From contig OZ024749.1 in assembly GCA_964016885.1 (NCBI GenBank), positions 29,698,001 through 29,762,000 of the forward strand: 64,000 nt of DNA, given 5' to 3'. The stretch comes from Eledone cirrhosa (Eukaryota). A program made the translations under genes and the position numbers. The notes under the pieces are model-generated. The model saw only the letters and a program-made list of their open reading frames with translations. It was not told the DNA's origin and made no database searches. Below are positions 42,696-54,423 of the stretch, in pieces (position 1 is the first letter of the stretch; each line of letters starts with the position of its first letter).

Positions 42696-45600
42696 TCAGA
42701 TATTCAGGACGTATCGGAGGGTTCTTGCCGTTCCAAGCAAGCATGCCTTTTGAAGCGTTCCAAAAAGCGTGAAGGGGCCGATTTTCTTTAACCATCCCTG
42801 GAAACCTTTGGAGATAGTCCCCAGTGCGCCTATGACAATCGGGATCACTTTGACTTCATGGCAGTTCCAAATCCTTTTCACCTCCCACTTTAGGTCCTGG
42901 TATCGGTTAATTTTCTCCCTCTCCTTCTCTTGCACTCTCGTGTCGAACGGGCAGGCCACATCCACAATCAGGCACGATCTTTTTTCTTTGTCCACAACCA
43001 CCAGGTCAGGTCTATTGTGTTCCAGTTTTTTGTCCGTCTGTATCCTAAAATCCCACAGCACCTTCACCTGACTGTTCTCCATCACCGCCTCTGGCCTATG
43101 CTCATACCATTTCTCAGAATGTGGTAGATTGTTTACTTTGCACAGGTGCCAGTGGATCACCCTGCCCATCACATCGTGTCTCCAGCCCTTATAGTGGGTC
43201 TGGGCTAGGTGTTTACACTCGGACACAATGTGAGCCACAGTCTCCTCTCTCTCTCCACAGATCCTGCACAGTGGGCTAGCCTCCTCCTTGTAGATATGGT
43301 GCTTCAACCACTTCGTTTTGAGGGCCTGCTCCTGCGCAGCCATTAGCATTCCTTCTGTAGCCTTTTTGAGGTCTCCTCTTCTCAACCAGTTCCATGTCTG
43401 TGGATCTCTAAATTCAGTTTTCTCAAAGAAGGTACTATGAAGGGATTTTCCCTTAAGGCTGCTCTTCCTCCTTGATGTTATTTCCTCCTTGGGTATCCCC
43501 TGGCCTACTGTCCCCTCCTTCAGTACAGCTCTGAGCATTGGATCCTTACTATAGGTCACGTATTTGTATAGGTTGTTTTTCTCCATCTGAACACAGTCCT
43601 CTATGCTGATAAGACCTCTTCCACCCTCAGATCTCCTTAGGTAGAGTCTATCGACATCACTCCTCTTGTGGAACATGTTGTAGATAGTCAATAGCTTCCT
43701 AGTCTTCCTATCCATTTCTTTTTGTTCAGCAACATTCCATCTCAGAATTCCCGCACTGTACCTAATAATAGACACAGCTCGGGAATTTACTGCGCTTATG
43801 GCATTTCTGCTGTTCAGATGTGACTTCAATACGCTCCTTACTCTCCGAATGTATTCAGTTCTTAACAATTCCTTCATTTTTTTGTTCTTTATGCCATCAG
43901 CCTCCAGAACGCCCAAATACTTGTATCCTTCCTCAGAGTCAATTTCCTTTATCATCTCACCTGTTGGTATCTGGATCCCGTTACTTCTGCTCAACCTACC
44001 CCTCCTCATCACAATGACTCCACATTTACCAATACCAAACTGCATACATATATCACTGCTGAAAATACGGACAGTGTCAACAAGCACATCCAACTCCTTC
44101 TCACTTTTCCCGAAGAGCTTAAGATCGTCCATGAAGAGGAGGTGATTGATGGTAAGCTCTCCCCTTCCCAACTTGTATCCTGCTCTCACTTTTCGCAGCA
44201 TAATGGTCAAGGGCATCAGGGCAAGGACAAACAACAGAGGGGACAGGCTATCTCCCTGGAAGATACCTCTCTTGATCTTCACGCCTCCCAAGGATACTCC
44301 AGTTGATGTCAACTCTGTCTCCCAGGACCCCATACTCCTGCCCAGCAACTGTCTGATGTTATCTGCCACCCTGAAGATCTCCAGGCTTTTGGTGATCCAG
44401 GAATGAGGCACCATGTCAAATGCCTTTCTGTAGTCTATCCATCCCATGGCAAGATCAGTGTGTCTCCTCCTGCAATTCCCCATTACCATCTTATCAATAA
44501 GCAACTGGTCCTTTGTACCACGTGACTTCTTTCGGCATCCTTTCTGTTCGTCCGGCAACAAGTTGTTTGTGTGGAGGTGATGGTAGATTTCCTCAGACAC
44601 AATGCTCGTCAACAGTTTCCACATTACGGGCAGACATGTGATAGGTCTATAGTTGGTAACATCATTACCCTTGATTCGGTCTTTCATTATCAGAACTGTG
44701 GTACCTTTTGTCAACCACTCTGGCACCTCACCCGACACCAAGCAGTCATTGAACATGGCCGTCAGCTTCGGGTGGAGGGATGTTAAATGTTTAATCCAAT
44801 ACCCCTGCACACCATCTGGGCCTGGTGATTTCCAGTTGGTTAGTTTTTTGGCTTGCCCCTTAAGAGTTTCAACTGTGATACTCAAATCAGTCTGTTGCTG
44901 TGCCTGCTCACCGATCTCCCTCTGTACTGTCTCAATCCACCCTGCCTGGGCATTGTGTCTAACATCCTGCTCCCATATTCCTCTCCAGAATGTTTTAGCT
45001 TGTTCCGCCCCAGGGATCAAGTCGGTGCCTCTTTCTTTCCCCTCAAGCTGTCCAAACAGCATCTTCTGGCTGTTGTCGAACATGCGGTTCTGTTTATACT
45101 GACTGACTCTGTTCTCGTATCGCCTGATTTTGGCACTCTTTGCTACAATGCGTTGCTTCAATTCCTCTATGATAATATTTAGCTTTTTACTCCTAGTTTT
45201 GTATTTTATTTCCAGTCTATTTTTAGTGCCTATGTTTTTTAGTGTCCCATTCAGCAGTGACTCAAGCTTTCCTATGTCATTTCTCATTTCCCCGATTTGC
45301 CCACTCAGTCGCTTCTTCCACCACGGCTCTGCTCTTTCTTGTCTGTTGTTTCCTCTCGCTTTTATACCAAGTAGTTTCCTCACCGTATTTGCTGTTGCTT
45401 TGAGGATATTGTTGCACTGGTGAAGACTCCTCGCCTCAAGGTATGGGATGACTTTGTTTACCTTAGCTGTTGTTTCTTTTAACTTTTTCCTGTCTACAAA
45501 TCTTAGGTTCATAGGTCTCCCACTATCATTGTTCAACTCATCTACCACTAAATTTAGGATGTCAACCGAATCTTGTCCTAGCCCGTCAGCATTCATCTCC

Positions 45601-46088
45601 TCAGTGGCCGTATCTCTGTTCCAGGTATTATTTATCTCAGTATTCAGATCATTGTCTGCTTCGGGTGGTTCCTCCGCTCTCAGGACCTCCTCACCTTCAT
45701 TTCCCGCCGGCTCGCTTGTCTGGCATACTACACCCGCCATCTCCAAGCCATTCTCTCTGCTCAGTTCCTCCAGTTCCAGCTCACTTATCCACCCATTAGT
45801 TCTTATTACCCGAGCCTGCCCGGCCAATTTTTGTTCATCTAATTTAAATAAACCAATCTCGTTCCAGATGTTATGCATCCGTCTCCTGTAGCCCCTCTCC
45901 TTGGGGTTACTTTTCAGGTAGCATTGCATAACAGTTCTATTCAATTCTTTCGTCCAGTTGGTTCTGGCCCCTTTCCTTCTTCTTCTTCCTCCAACATCAG
46001 CAGTATTTCGTTGACAGTCAGGTTCCTGCTGCTGAGCCAGGGGGCACCTGTTGGGTGAGAGTCTGTCACATGACGTTCTAGTCTCCAT
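42696..46088 (-). CDS. RT-RLE polyprotein (reverse transcriptase, CCHC zinc knuckle, restriction-like endonuclease), 1130 aa, uninterrupted
   Basis: [48 protein letters not shown]; [18 protein letters not shown]; RHD; [15 protein letters not shown] endonuclease motifs. Confidence 0.95.
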   Translation of the reverse strand: METRTSCDRLSPNRCPLAQQQEPDCQRNTADVGGRRRRKGARTNWTKELNRTVMQCYLKSNPKERGYRRRMHNIWNEIGLFKLDEQKLAGQARVIRTNGWISELELEELSRENGLEMAGVVCQTSEPAGNEGEEVLRAEEPPEADNDLNTEINNTWNRDTATEEMNADGLGQDSVDILNLVVDELNNDSGRPMNLRFVDRKKLKETTAKVNKVIPYLEARSLHQCNNILKATANTVRKLLGIKARGNNRQERAEPWWKKRLSGQIGEMRNDIGKLESLLNGTLKNIGTKNRLEIKYKTRSKKLNIIIEELKQRIVAKSAKIRRYENRVSQYKQNRMFDNSQKMLFGQLEGKERGTDLIPGAEQAKTFWRGIWEQDVRHNAQAGWIETVQREIGEQAQQQTDLSITVETLKGQAKKLTNWKSPGPDGVQGYWIKHLTSLHPKLTAMFNDCLVSGEVPEWLTKGTTVLIMKDRIKGNDVTNYRPITCLPVMWKLLTSIVSEEIYHHLHTNNLLPDEQKGCRKKSRGTKDQLLIDKMVMGNCRRRHTDLAMGWIDYRKAFDMVPHSWITKSLEIFRVADNIRQLLGRSMGSWETELTSTGVSLGGVKIKRGIFQGDSLSPLLFVLALMPLTIMLRKVRAGYKLGRGELTINHLLFMDDLKLFGKSEKELDVLVDTVRIFSSDICMQFGIGKCGVIVMRRGRLSRSNGIQIPTGEMIKEIDSEEGYKYLGVLEADGIKNKKMKELLRTEYIRRVRSVLKSHLNSRNAISAVNSRAVSIIRYSAGILRWNVAEQKEMDRKTRKLLTIYNMFHKRSDVDRLYLRRSEGGRGLISIEDCVQMEKNNLYKYVTYSKDPMLRAVLKEGTVGQGIPKEEITSRRKSSLKGKSLHSTFFEKTEFRDPQTWNWLRRGDLKKATEGMLMAAQEQALKTKWLKHHIYKEEASPLCRICGEREETVAHIVSECKHLAQTHYKGWRHDVMGRVIHWHLCKVNNLPHSEKWYEHRPEAVMENSQVKVLWDFRIQTDKKLEHNRPDLVVVDKEKRSCLIVDVACPFDTRVQEKEREKINRYQDLKWEVKRIWNCHEVKVIPIVIGALGTISKGFQGWLKKIGPFTLFGTLQKACLLGTARTLRYVLNI

Positions 46089-46657
46089 TTCACCGTTATT
46101 CGAACTGTTTATGTTCGATATTTAAACACTCTTATCGAGGATTGGCGAATGTATGTTTACATAGCCATCTGTGGATCCGCCATCCCACTTGGCCCTTGTG
46201 TGGCATTATCACCACGCTGTATACGGACACACATAAACAAACAAACACACGGGCAGAAAGGGCCCCAAAAATGAATAAGCATAAGTTTCATTGTAATGTA
46301 GTATTCGAATGTCTGACTTAGTTTTTGTTTTTTAAGTTTTACTTTTTCCCCCCTCTTCTCTGTCCGTCCGCCTGCTTCTCTCTTCATTCTTATTTTCTTT
46401 ACGTTTTTGGGGTTTCTTTTTTTGTTTTTGTTTTTCTCTGTTTTTCTCGTTTTTTACTGTTGTTGCTGTGCTGCTTTTGTTGTTTGTTTTTTCTTTTTTC
46501 TTTTGAGTCTATCTATATATTTTGATGCCTTCCTCTTTGTTAGTAGTAGGAATTCTATAATGTGGAAGTGGTAGCCAGCAGAGACTAGCGGCGTTGGCGA
46601 TACTGAGACAGTGGTGGCGGTGATGTCGATACCGAGGCAGTGGTGGCGGTGATGCGA

Positions 46658-47308
46658 CCGTATTACTGTAGTGATGGTGCTGTAGCGGTGGCAGCAGCAG
46701 TGAAGGAGTCAGGGGGTGGTGGCGGCGGTGATGGGATAGTGGTGGTAATGATAGCCGTAGTGAGCGGTGGCGGTGAAGGTGAAAATGCTGTTGTGTTTAG
46801 TGTACACAGATGATGGGGTGGGTGGTGTATCTAGTTTCTGGTGTTGGTGAGTTTCGCTGTCCTATATAGTGTAGCCAGAGGAGAGGAGGGGGGGGGGGTT
46901 CTTCTTCTTCCATTTATAGCCATTTTATTTTTTTTTTTTGGATATACAGTGTGTACAATACAAAGTTGAATATTTGAATATTTGAGCCGTATTACTGTAG
47001 TGATGGTGCTGTAGCGGTGGCAGCAGCAGTGAAGGAGTCAAGGGGTGGTGGCGGCGGTGATGGGATAGTGGTGGTAATGATGGCCGTAGTGAGCGGTGGC
47101 GGTGAAGGTGAAAATGCTGTTGTGTTTAGTGTACACAGATGATGGGGTGGGCGGTGTATCTAGTTTCTGGTGTTGGTGAGTTTAGCTGTCCTATATAGTG
47201 TAGCCAGAGGAGAGGAGGGGGGGGGGGGTTCTTCTTCTTCCATTTATAGCCATTTTTTTTTGGATATACAGTGTACAATACAAAGTTGAATATTTGAATA
47301 TTTGAGCC
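46658..47308. repeat. ~325-bp tandem duplication within the putative retrotransposon 5' UTR
   Basis: CCGTATTACTGTAGTGATGG starts at 46658 and 46987; copies differ mainly in homopolymer length. Confidence 0.9.
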
Positions 47309-47465
47309 TTATAACAATATATTTTGGGTCCGAATTTTTTGGGGCTCAAGCCGGGTGCTTTACGTAGCATTTGTACTAAGAGTTGTTATTTCACAAATGA
47401 TTTAAATATGTTAAAAATTCAAAACTTACGGGAGCGATTTCATGACCTCCGTCACCTCGTGCGTC

Positions 47466-47544
<79 letters not shown>

Positions 47545-47546
<2 letters not shown>

Positions 47547-48845
47547 CTTGAATCTCAGTCATTGATGTTGGTTAACTGGAAAGTCCGTTGGAATGAATAT
47601 CAAGCCACTACCTGCAGCCTCAGATATTCAGGACGTATCGGAGGGTTCTTGCTGTTCCCAGCAAGCATGCCTTTTGAAGCGTTCCAAAAAGCGTGAAGGG
47701 GCCGATTTTCTTTAACCATCCCTGGAAACTTTTGGAGATAGTCCCCAGTGCGCCTATGACAATCGGGATCACTTTGACTTCATGGCATTTCCAAATCCTT
47801 TTTACCTCCCATTTTAAGTCCTGGTATCGGTTAATTTTCTCCCTCTCCTTCTCTTGCACTCTCGTGTCGAATGGGCAGGCCACATCTACAATCAGACACG
47901 ATCTTTTTTCTTTGTCCACAACCACCAGGTCAGGTCTATTGTGTTCCAGTTTCTTGTCCGTCTGTATCCTAAAATCCCACAGCACCTTCACCTGATCGTA
48001 CTCCATCACCGCCTTTGGCCTATGCTCATACGATTTCTCAGAATGTGGTAAATTGTTTACTTTGCACAGGTGCCAGTGGATCACCCTGCCCATCACATCA
48101 TGTCTCCAGCCCTTATAGTGGGTCTGGGCTAGGTGTTTACACTCGGATACAATGTGAGCCACAGTCTCCTCTCTCTCTCCACAGATCCTGCACAGTGGGC
48201 TAGCCTCCTCCTTGTAAATATGGTGTTTCAACCACTTCGTTTTGAGGGCCTGCTCCTGCGCAGCCATTAACATTCCTTCTGTAGCCTTTTTGAGGTCTCC
48301 TCTTCTCAACCAGTTCCATGACTGTGGATCTCTAAATTCAGTTTTCTCAAAGAAGGTACTATGAAGGGATTTTCCCTGAAGGCTGCTCTTTCTCCTTGAT
48401 GTTATTTCCTCCTTGGACATCCCCTGGCCTATTGTCCCCTCCTTCAGTACAGTTCTGAGCATTGGCTCCTTACTATCAGTCACGTATTTGTATAGGTTGT
48501 TTTTCTCCATCTGAACACAGTCCTCTATGCTGATGAGACCTCTTCCACCCTCAGATCTCCTTAGGTAGAGTCTATCGACATCACTCCTCTTGTGGAACAT
48601 GTTGTAGATAGTCAATAGCTTCCTAGTCTTCCTATCCATTTCTTTTTGTTCAGCAACATTCCATCTCAGAATTCCCGCACTGTACCTAATAATAGACACA
48701 GCTCGGGAATTTACTGCGCTTATGGCATTTCTGCTGTTCAGATGTGACTTCAATACGCTCCTTACTCTCCGAATGTATTCAGTTCTTAACAATTCCTTCA
48801 TTTTTTTGTTCTTTATGCCATCAGCCTCCAGAACGCCCAAATACT
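47545..48845 (-). mobile_element. 5'-truncated R4/Dong copy (same subfamily as the full-length one)
   Basis: 406-aa ORF nearly identical to the C-terminus of the 1130-aa protein; (TAA)n on both sides. Confidence 0.95.
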
Positions 48846-48863
48846 GTTATTATTATTATTATT

Positions 48864-49212
48864 ACAGTTGCATTTATCTTGCTTTATGTTCATACGAGTT
48901 ATCACCAAGTCACAACCAGTGACCTCAAGAGACAACAAGGTCCGCCATGTTCAAGAAAGAACATACATATTCACACATGCATCTTTAGTGTTTAGACTTG
49001 TGATGTACTCATATTGACAGAATCTTCCTTAGTATATGGGCAGTTCCCATTAATACTATCTTTTGTATTTCTCCTATACGCGGGTTTCCTGGGATTTGCG
49101 ATATGTAATCATTAGACCCCTTAGGTATTATTCCCAGAGCGCCTACAACCACTGGTATTGTTTTAGTTCTCAATTTCCACATTTTTCCAATTTCTATCTC
49201 CAGGTCCTTATA
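48864..49212 (-). mobile_element. 3' fragment of a second, distinct R4/Dong-like family
   Basis: YKDLEIEIGKMWKLRTKTIPVVVGALG..QKIVLMGTAHILRKILSI* with a different 3' UTR; between (TAA)n tracts. Confidence 0.8.
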
Positions 49213-49249
<37 letters not shown>

Positions 49250-49257
49250 GTTGTTAT

Positions 49258-49471
49258 TCCTTGAATCTCAGTCATTGATGTTGGTTAACTGGAAAGTCCG
49301 TTGGATTGAATATCAAGCCACTACCTGCAGCCTCAGATATTCAGGACGTATCGGAGGGTTCTTGCTGTTCCAAGCAAGCATGCCTTTTGAAGCGTTCCAA
49401 AAAGCGTGAAGGGGCCGATTTTCTTTAACCATCCCTGGAAACTTTTGGAGATAGTCCCCAGTGCGCCTATG
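49258..49471 (-). mobile_element. Very short 3'-end R4/Dong copy
   Basis: Matches 42621-42834. Confidence 0.9.
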
Positions 49472-51083
49472 TGTTCTTTGAGTCTCAGTCATTGATGTTA
49501 TTTAACTGGAAAGTTTGTTGAATTGACTATCAAGCCACTACCTGCAACCTCAGATATTCATGACGTATCGGAGGGTTCTTGCTGTTCCCAGCAAGCATGC
49601 CTTTTGAAATGTTCCAAAAAGCGGGGCGGGACAAATTTTCTTTAACCAGCCTTGGAAACTCTTTGAGATAGTACCTAGTGCACCTATGATAATCGGGACC
49701 ACTTTGACTTCATGGCAGTTCCAGATCCTTTTTACCTCCCACTTAAGTCCTGGTATCGGTTAATTTTCTCCCTCTCCTTCTCTTGCACTCTTGTGTCGAA
49801 TGGGCAGGCTACATCCACAATCAGGCACCATCGTTTTTCCTTGTCCCAAACCACCAGATCAGGTCTATTGTGTTCCAGTTTCTTGTCCGTCTGTATCCTA
49901 AAATCCCACAGCACCTTCACCTGATCGTTTTCTATCACCGGCTCTGGCTTATGCTCATACCACTTCTCAGAATGTGATAAATTGTTTACTTTGCATAGGT
50001 GCCAGTGGATCACCCTGCCCATCACATCATGTCTCCAGCCTTTAGAGTGAGTCTGGGCTAGGTTTTTACACTCGGATACAATGTGAGCCACAGTCTCCCC
50101 TCTCTCTCCACAGATCCTAAACAGTGGGCTAGCCTCCTCCTTGTAAATATGGTGTTTCAGAATTCCCGCACTGTACCTAATAATAGATACAGCTCGGGAA
50201 ATTACTGCACTTATGGCATTCTTACTGTTCAGGTGTGATTTTAATACGCCCCTTACTCTCCGAATGTATTCAGATCTTATCAATTCCTTCATTTTTTTGT
50301 TCTTGATATCATCAGCCTCCAGAACACCCAAATATTTGTATCCTTCTTCAGTGTCAATTTCCCTTATCATCTCACCTGTTGGTACCTGGATTCCGTTGCT
50401 TCTGCTCAATTTACCCCCTCTTCATCACAAGGACTCCACACTTACTAATACCAAATTGCATACATATATCATTGCTGAAAATACGGACAGTGTCAACAAG
50501 CACATCCAACTCCTTCTCACTCTTCCCGAAGAGCTTAAGATCGTCCATGAAGAGGAGGTGATTGATGGTAAGCTCTCCCTTTCCCAACCTGTATCCTGCT
50601 CTCACTTTTCGCAGTATAATGGTCAGGGGCATCAGGGCAAGGACAAACATCAGAGGTGACAGACTATCTCCCTGGAAGATACCTCTCTTGATCTTCACGC
50701 CTCCCAAGGATTATCCAGCTGATGTTAACTTTGTTTTCCAGGACTTCATACTTTTGCCCAACAACTGTCTGATGTTATCTGCCATCTTGAAGATCTCTAG
50801 GCTTTTGGCGATCCAAGAATGAGGCACCATGTCAAATGCCTTTTTGTAGTCTATCCATCCCATGGCAAGACCAGTGTGTCTCCTCTTGCAATTCCTCATT
50901 ACCATCTTATCAATAAGTAACTGGTCCTTTGTACCACGGGACTTCTTTCGGCATCCTTTCTGTTCGTTCGGTAACAAGTTGTTTATGTGGAGGTGATGGT
51001 AGATTTCCTCAGACACAATGCTTGTTAACAGTTTCCACATTACGGACAGACATGTGATAGGTCTATAGTTGGTAACATCATTA
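49472..51083 (-). pseudogene. Diverged, truncated R4/Dong copy (subfamily B) with frameshifts/stops and an internal deletion
   Basis: ORF pieces 50711-51040, 50411-50707 and 49732-50409; YSAGIL fused to KHHIYKEE. Confidence 0.9.
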
Positions 51084-51246
51084 AAAATACGAATTTCGGT
51101 TACTGGATCTGGATGGCATTGATACCAGTTTTAGATTGTTTCCTCTTGATAGAATTTACATATTTTCCAGTAGATGTACTGCTCAACTGTATCATGTCTG
51201 TTTTTGTAATTCAGACAGTACTAAGGTGGTGTAGGTACGTATTAGA

Positions 51247-52095
51247 CGATCCACTGTTTCAGTATTTCTGTCACTGAACCTTCAGACGGTGTTAAGTTGG
51301 TTCAGGTAGGCAGATTTACGGTGATCCACTGTTTCAGTATTTTTGTCACTGAACCTTCAGACGTTGTTAAGTTTGTTCAGGTAGGCAGATTTACGGTGAT
51401 CCACTATTTCAGTATTTCTGTCACTGAACCTTCAGACATTGTTAAGTTGGTTCAGGTAGGCAGATTTACGGTGATCCACTATTTCAGTATTTCTGTCACT
51501 GAACCTTCAGACGTTGTTAAGTTGGTTCAGGTAGGCAGATTTACGGTGATCCACTGTTTCAGTATTTCTGTCACTGAACCTTCAGACGGTGTTAATTTGG
51601 TTCAGGTAGGCAGATTTACGGTGATCCACTGTTTCAGTATTTCTGACACTGAACCTTCAGACGGTGTTACGTTGGTTCAGGTAGGCAGATTTACGGTGAT
51701 CCACTGTTTCAGTATTTCTGTCACTGAACCTTCAGACGTTGTTAAGTTGGTTCAGGTAGGCAGATTTACGGTGATCCACTGTTTCAGTATTTCTGTCACT
51801 GAACCTTCAGACGGTGTTAAGTTGGTTCAGGTAGGCAGATTTACGGTGATCCACTGTTTCAGTATTTCTGACACTGAACCTTCAGACGGTGTTACGTTGG
51901 TTCAGGTAGGCAGATTTACGGTGATCCACTGTTTCAGTATTTCTGTCACTGAACCTTCAGACGGTGTTAAGTTGGTTCAGGTAGGCAGATTTACGGTGAT
52001 CCACTGTTTCAGTATTTCTGTCACTGAACCTTCAGACGGTGTTAAGTTGATTCAGGTAGGCAGATTTACGGTGATCCACTGTTTCAGTATTTCTG
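51247..52095. repeat. 75-bp minisatellite, ~11 highly similar copies
   Basis: CCACTGTTTC at 51251, 51326...; the 25-aa repeat ORF follows from the unit being a multiple of 3. Confidence 0.95.
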
Positions 52096-52156
52096 CAGAA
52101 CCTGCATTTTGAATTAGTATTATTTCCTAATACGATTGCATGATAATTATTATGCA

Positions 52157-52345
52157 ATGGCAGTAATGGGTAGAGTATCAAACAGCATGCTTTGTGGCAT
52201 AGTGTTACGGCGCTTTTCGTTCTGTGTTCAAATCCCGCCGAAGTTGACTTTGTCTTTCACCCTTATGGTGAATAAAGTACCAGTAACTCACTGGGGTCGA
52301 TTTAATTGACTTTCCATTACCCCCAAATTGCTGGCCTTGTGCCTC
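52157..52345 (+). mobile_element. Family 1 tRNA-SINE, tail-to-tail with an R4/Dong 3' end
   Basis: TGGCAGTAATGG..GTTCAAATCCCGCC..AAAGTACCAG; ends in (ATC)n(ATT)n. Confidence 0.75.
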
Positions 52346-52359
52346 AATCATCATCATCA

Positions 52360-52415
<56 letters not shown>

Positions 52416-52708
52416 GTTCTTTGAGTCTCAGTCATTGATGTTATTTAACTGGAAGGTTTGTTGAAATGAATATCAAACCACTACCTGCAGCCTCAGACAT
52501 TCAGGACGTATCGGAGGGTTCTTGCTGTTCCCAGCAAGCATGCCTTTTGAGGTGTTCCAAAAAGCGGAGCTGGACTAATCTTCTTTAACCATCCTTGGAA
52601 ACTCTTTGAGATAGTACCTAGTGCGCCTATGACAATCGGGACGACCTTGATTTCATGGCAGTTCCAAATCCTTTTTAATTCCCACTTTAAATCCTGGTAT
52701 CGGTTAAT
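52416..52708 (-). mobile_element. Short 3'-end R4/Dong copy (subfamily B)
   Basis: TGTTCTTTGAGTCTCAGTCATTGATG end as at 49472; 5' side joins (TTC)n then (TTA)n. Confidence 0.9.
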
Positions 52709-52855
52709 CTTCTTCTTCTTCTTCTTCTTCTTCTTCTTCTTCTTCTTCTTCTTCTTCTTCTTCTTCTTCTTCTTCTTCTTCTTCTTCTTCTTCTTCTTCT
52801 TCTTCTTCTTCTTCTTCTTCTTCTTCTTCTTCTTCTTCTTCTTCTTCTTCTTCTT

Positions 52856-52886
<31 letters not shown>

Positions 52887-53511
52887 TTATTATTATTATT
52901 ATTATTTTCTATTTTTGATTCCAGATCTCCGGGATTAATCTGAATGGACTTCTAAACTAACAAAGAAAAATACATACCGGAAACTACAAAAAACGACAAA
53001 CAAAAGCCCCCCCCCCCCCCACCAAAAAAAAAACAAACCCAAAAGAAATTAAAAAAAAAAAAAAAAAAATCCCACACAGTTCTCAGGGTAGATACATTGG
53101 AAATATAAAGATGAATCTCGGAAAATGTTTTAGTGATCCGAACCTTACCTCATCTTGATGCGATGTCTATTAAATTATTTACGTAAGCATTAGTTATGAA
53201 GCTACTGCAGGAGTAAAGATGCGGTTATTATGTTGATGTTGGTGGTGTTCGCGACATAATTATCTCAACGAGAATTAACTGTGAGTGTTTTAGTCCTTAA
53301 TTTAGATATTTTTAGTTTTTTTGTCGTTGTTTTTTTTTTGCTATTTTTATTAGATAAGCAAATAAATACTTAAGTCAATCAATCATCTGACAATTTAATA
53401 AATAAATGAATAAATTAATTTGTAAAAAAACAAACAAGTAATATTATATCGTATTCCAAAGTCGAGAAACCGACAGAATATATATAACTCCCACACGGAT
53501 TCACACACACG

Positions 53512-53548
<37 letters not shown>

Positions 53549-53570
53549 GTGACGACGAAGACGATATCAG

Positions 53571-53627
<57 letters not shown>

Positions 53628-53732
53628 TTGTTGTTTGTCAAGATTCACTACGGGGAATTAAAGATTCATAGTAACAACTAAACACTTTCATAAAGTACAC
53701 ACACATATAAAGTACACACATACAAAACAAAC

Positions 53733-54053
53733 ATGATATACTTAAATGTGAGTACAACCACCTCGTCGGTGTTGTTAAGTTTAAGCACAGAAGCGATGGA
53801 GATTGAAGATAAAAGCAATGACAGCGAGGATTACATATACGACTACACTGATTCTGTTAACACTTTCCCTCTCAAAGAACTCATTCCTGTTACTCTTATA
53901 TACGGCATTGTCTTCATATTTGGTCTGTTTGGCAACTTTCTGGTTATATTTACCATTTTGAAGTATCGCCACATGAGGAATATTACCAATGTGTTTCTAC
54001 TCAGTTTATCGTCTGCTGACTTATTGGTAGTCTTAATTTGCGTGCCAGTTAAG
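53733..54053 (+). CDS. First coding exon of a class A (rhodopsin-like) GPCR, neuropeptide-receptor-like (N-terminus, TM1, TM2)
   Basis: N-glycosylation sequons (NVS, NDS); TM1 ...GLFGNFLV; MRNITNVFLLSLSSADLL TM2 motif; ends CVPVK at phase-0 donor AAG|GTAAGT (54054); no further exon recognised in window. Confidence 0.9.
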
Positions 54054-54202
54054 GTAAGTTCATTATAATTACCTCCCTTTTATTCTTTAACACTTTCATG
54101 ATTGTGTTTCTACTCAATTTATCGCCTGCTGATTTACTAATAATCATAATTTGCGTACCAGTTAAGGTAAATCATTAAACGTTATCACACATTTACCCTT
54201 AA

Positions 54203-54423
54203 CCCTTTCGTGACTATATTTCTAATGAAATATAGTCTATTTTTATTAATAAATGAAGACTTTTGAGGAATTTACTAAAACTATTAATTATTTCATCACT
54301 AAGATAGTAACGTAACATATATTTTTTTTATATAAAGGTAATTGTAAGATCTTAATTCAAATCAAACGGTAGTTTTGTTTCATAGAAGCTGGGGCAGTTT
54401 TGGCTGAGTTGGCACTAAAAGGG
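54203..54423. mobile_element. piggyBac-like MITE in GPCR intron 1
   Basis: TTAA|CCCTTTCGTGAC ... GGCACTAAAAGGG|TTAA: imperfect TIR with TTAA on both sides. Confidence 0.6.

Larger units (their letters stand above)
42621..47465 (-). mobile_element. Apparently full-length R4/Dong-clade non-LTR retrotransposon inserted in (TAA)n
   Basis: Single long ORF, 75-bp 3' UTR, (TAA)n at both ends (42562-42620 and 47466-47544); 5' boundary inferred from the (TAA)n flank. Confidence 0.85.

Noticed and set aside
42769-45891. Plus-strand ORFs overlapping the retrotransposon
   Set aside because: Antisense shadows of the RT ORF without motifs
51247-52095. CRISPR-like array or tandem hammerheads (minus-strand CTGAAGG...GAAA)
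   Set aside because: Units are contiguous with no unique spacers, the DNA is eukaryotic with no cas genes, and stems I/III and the core do not fit a hammerhead
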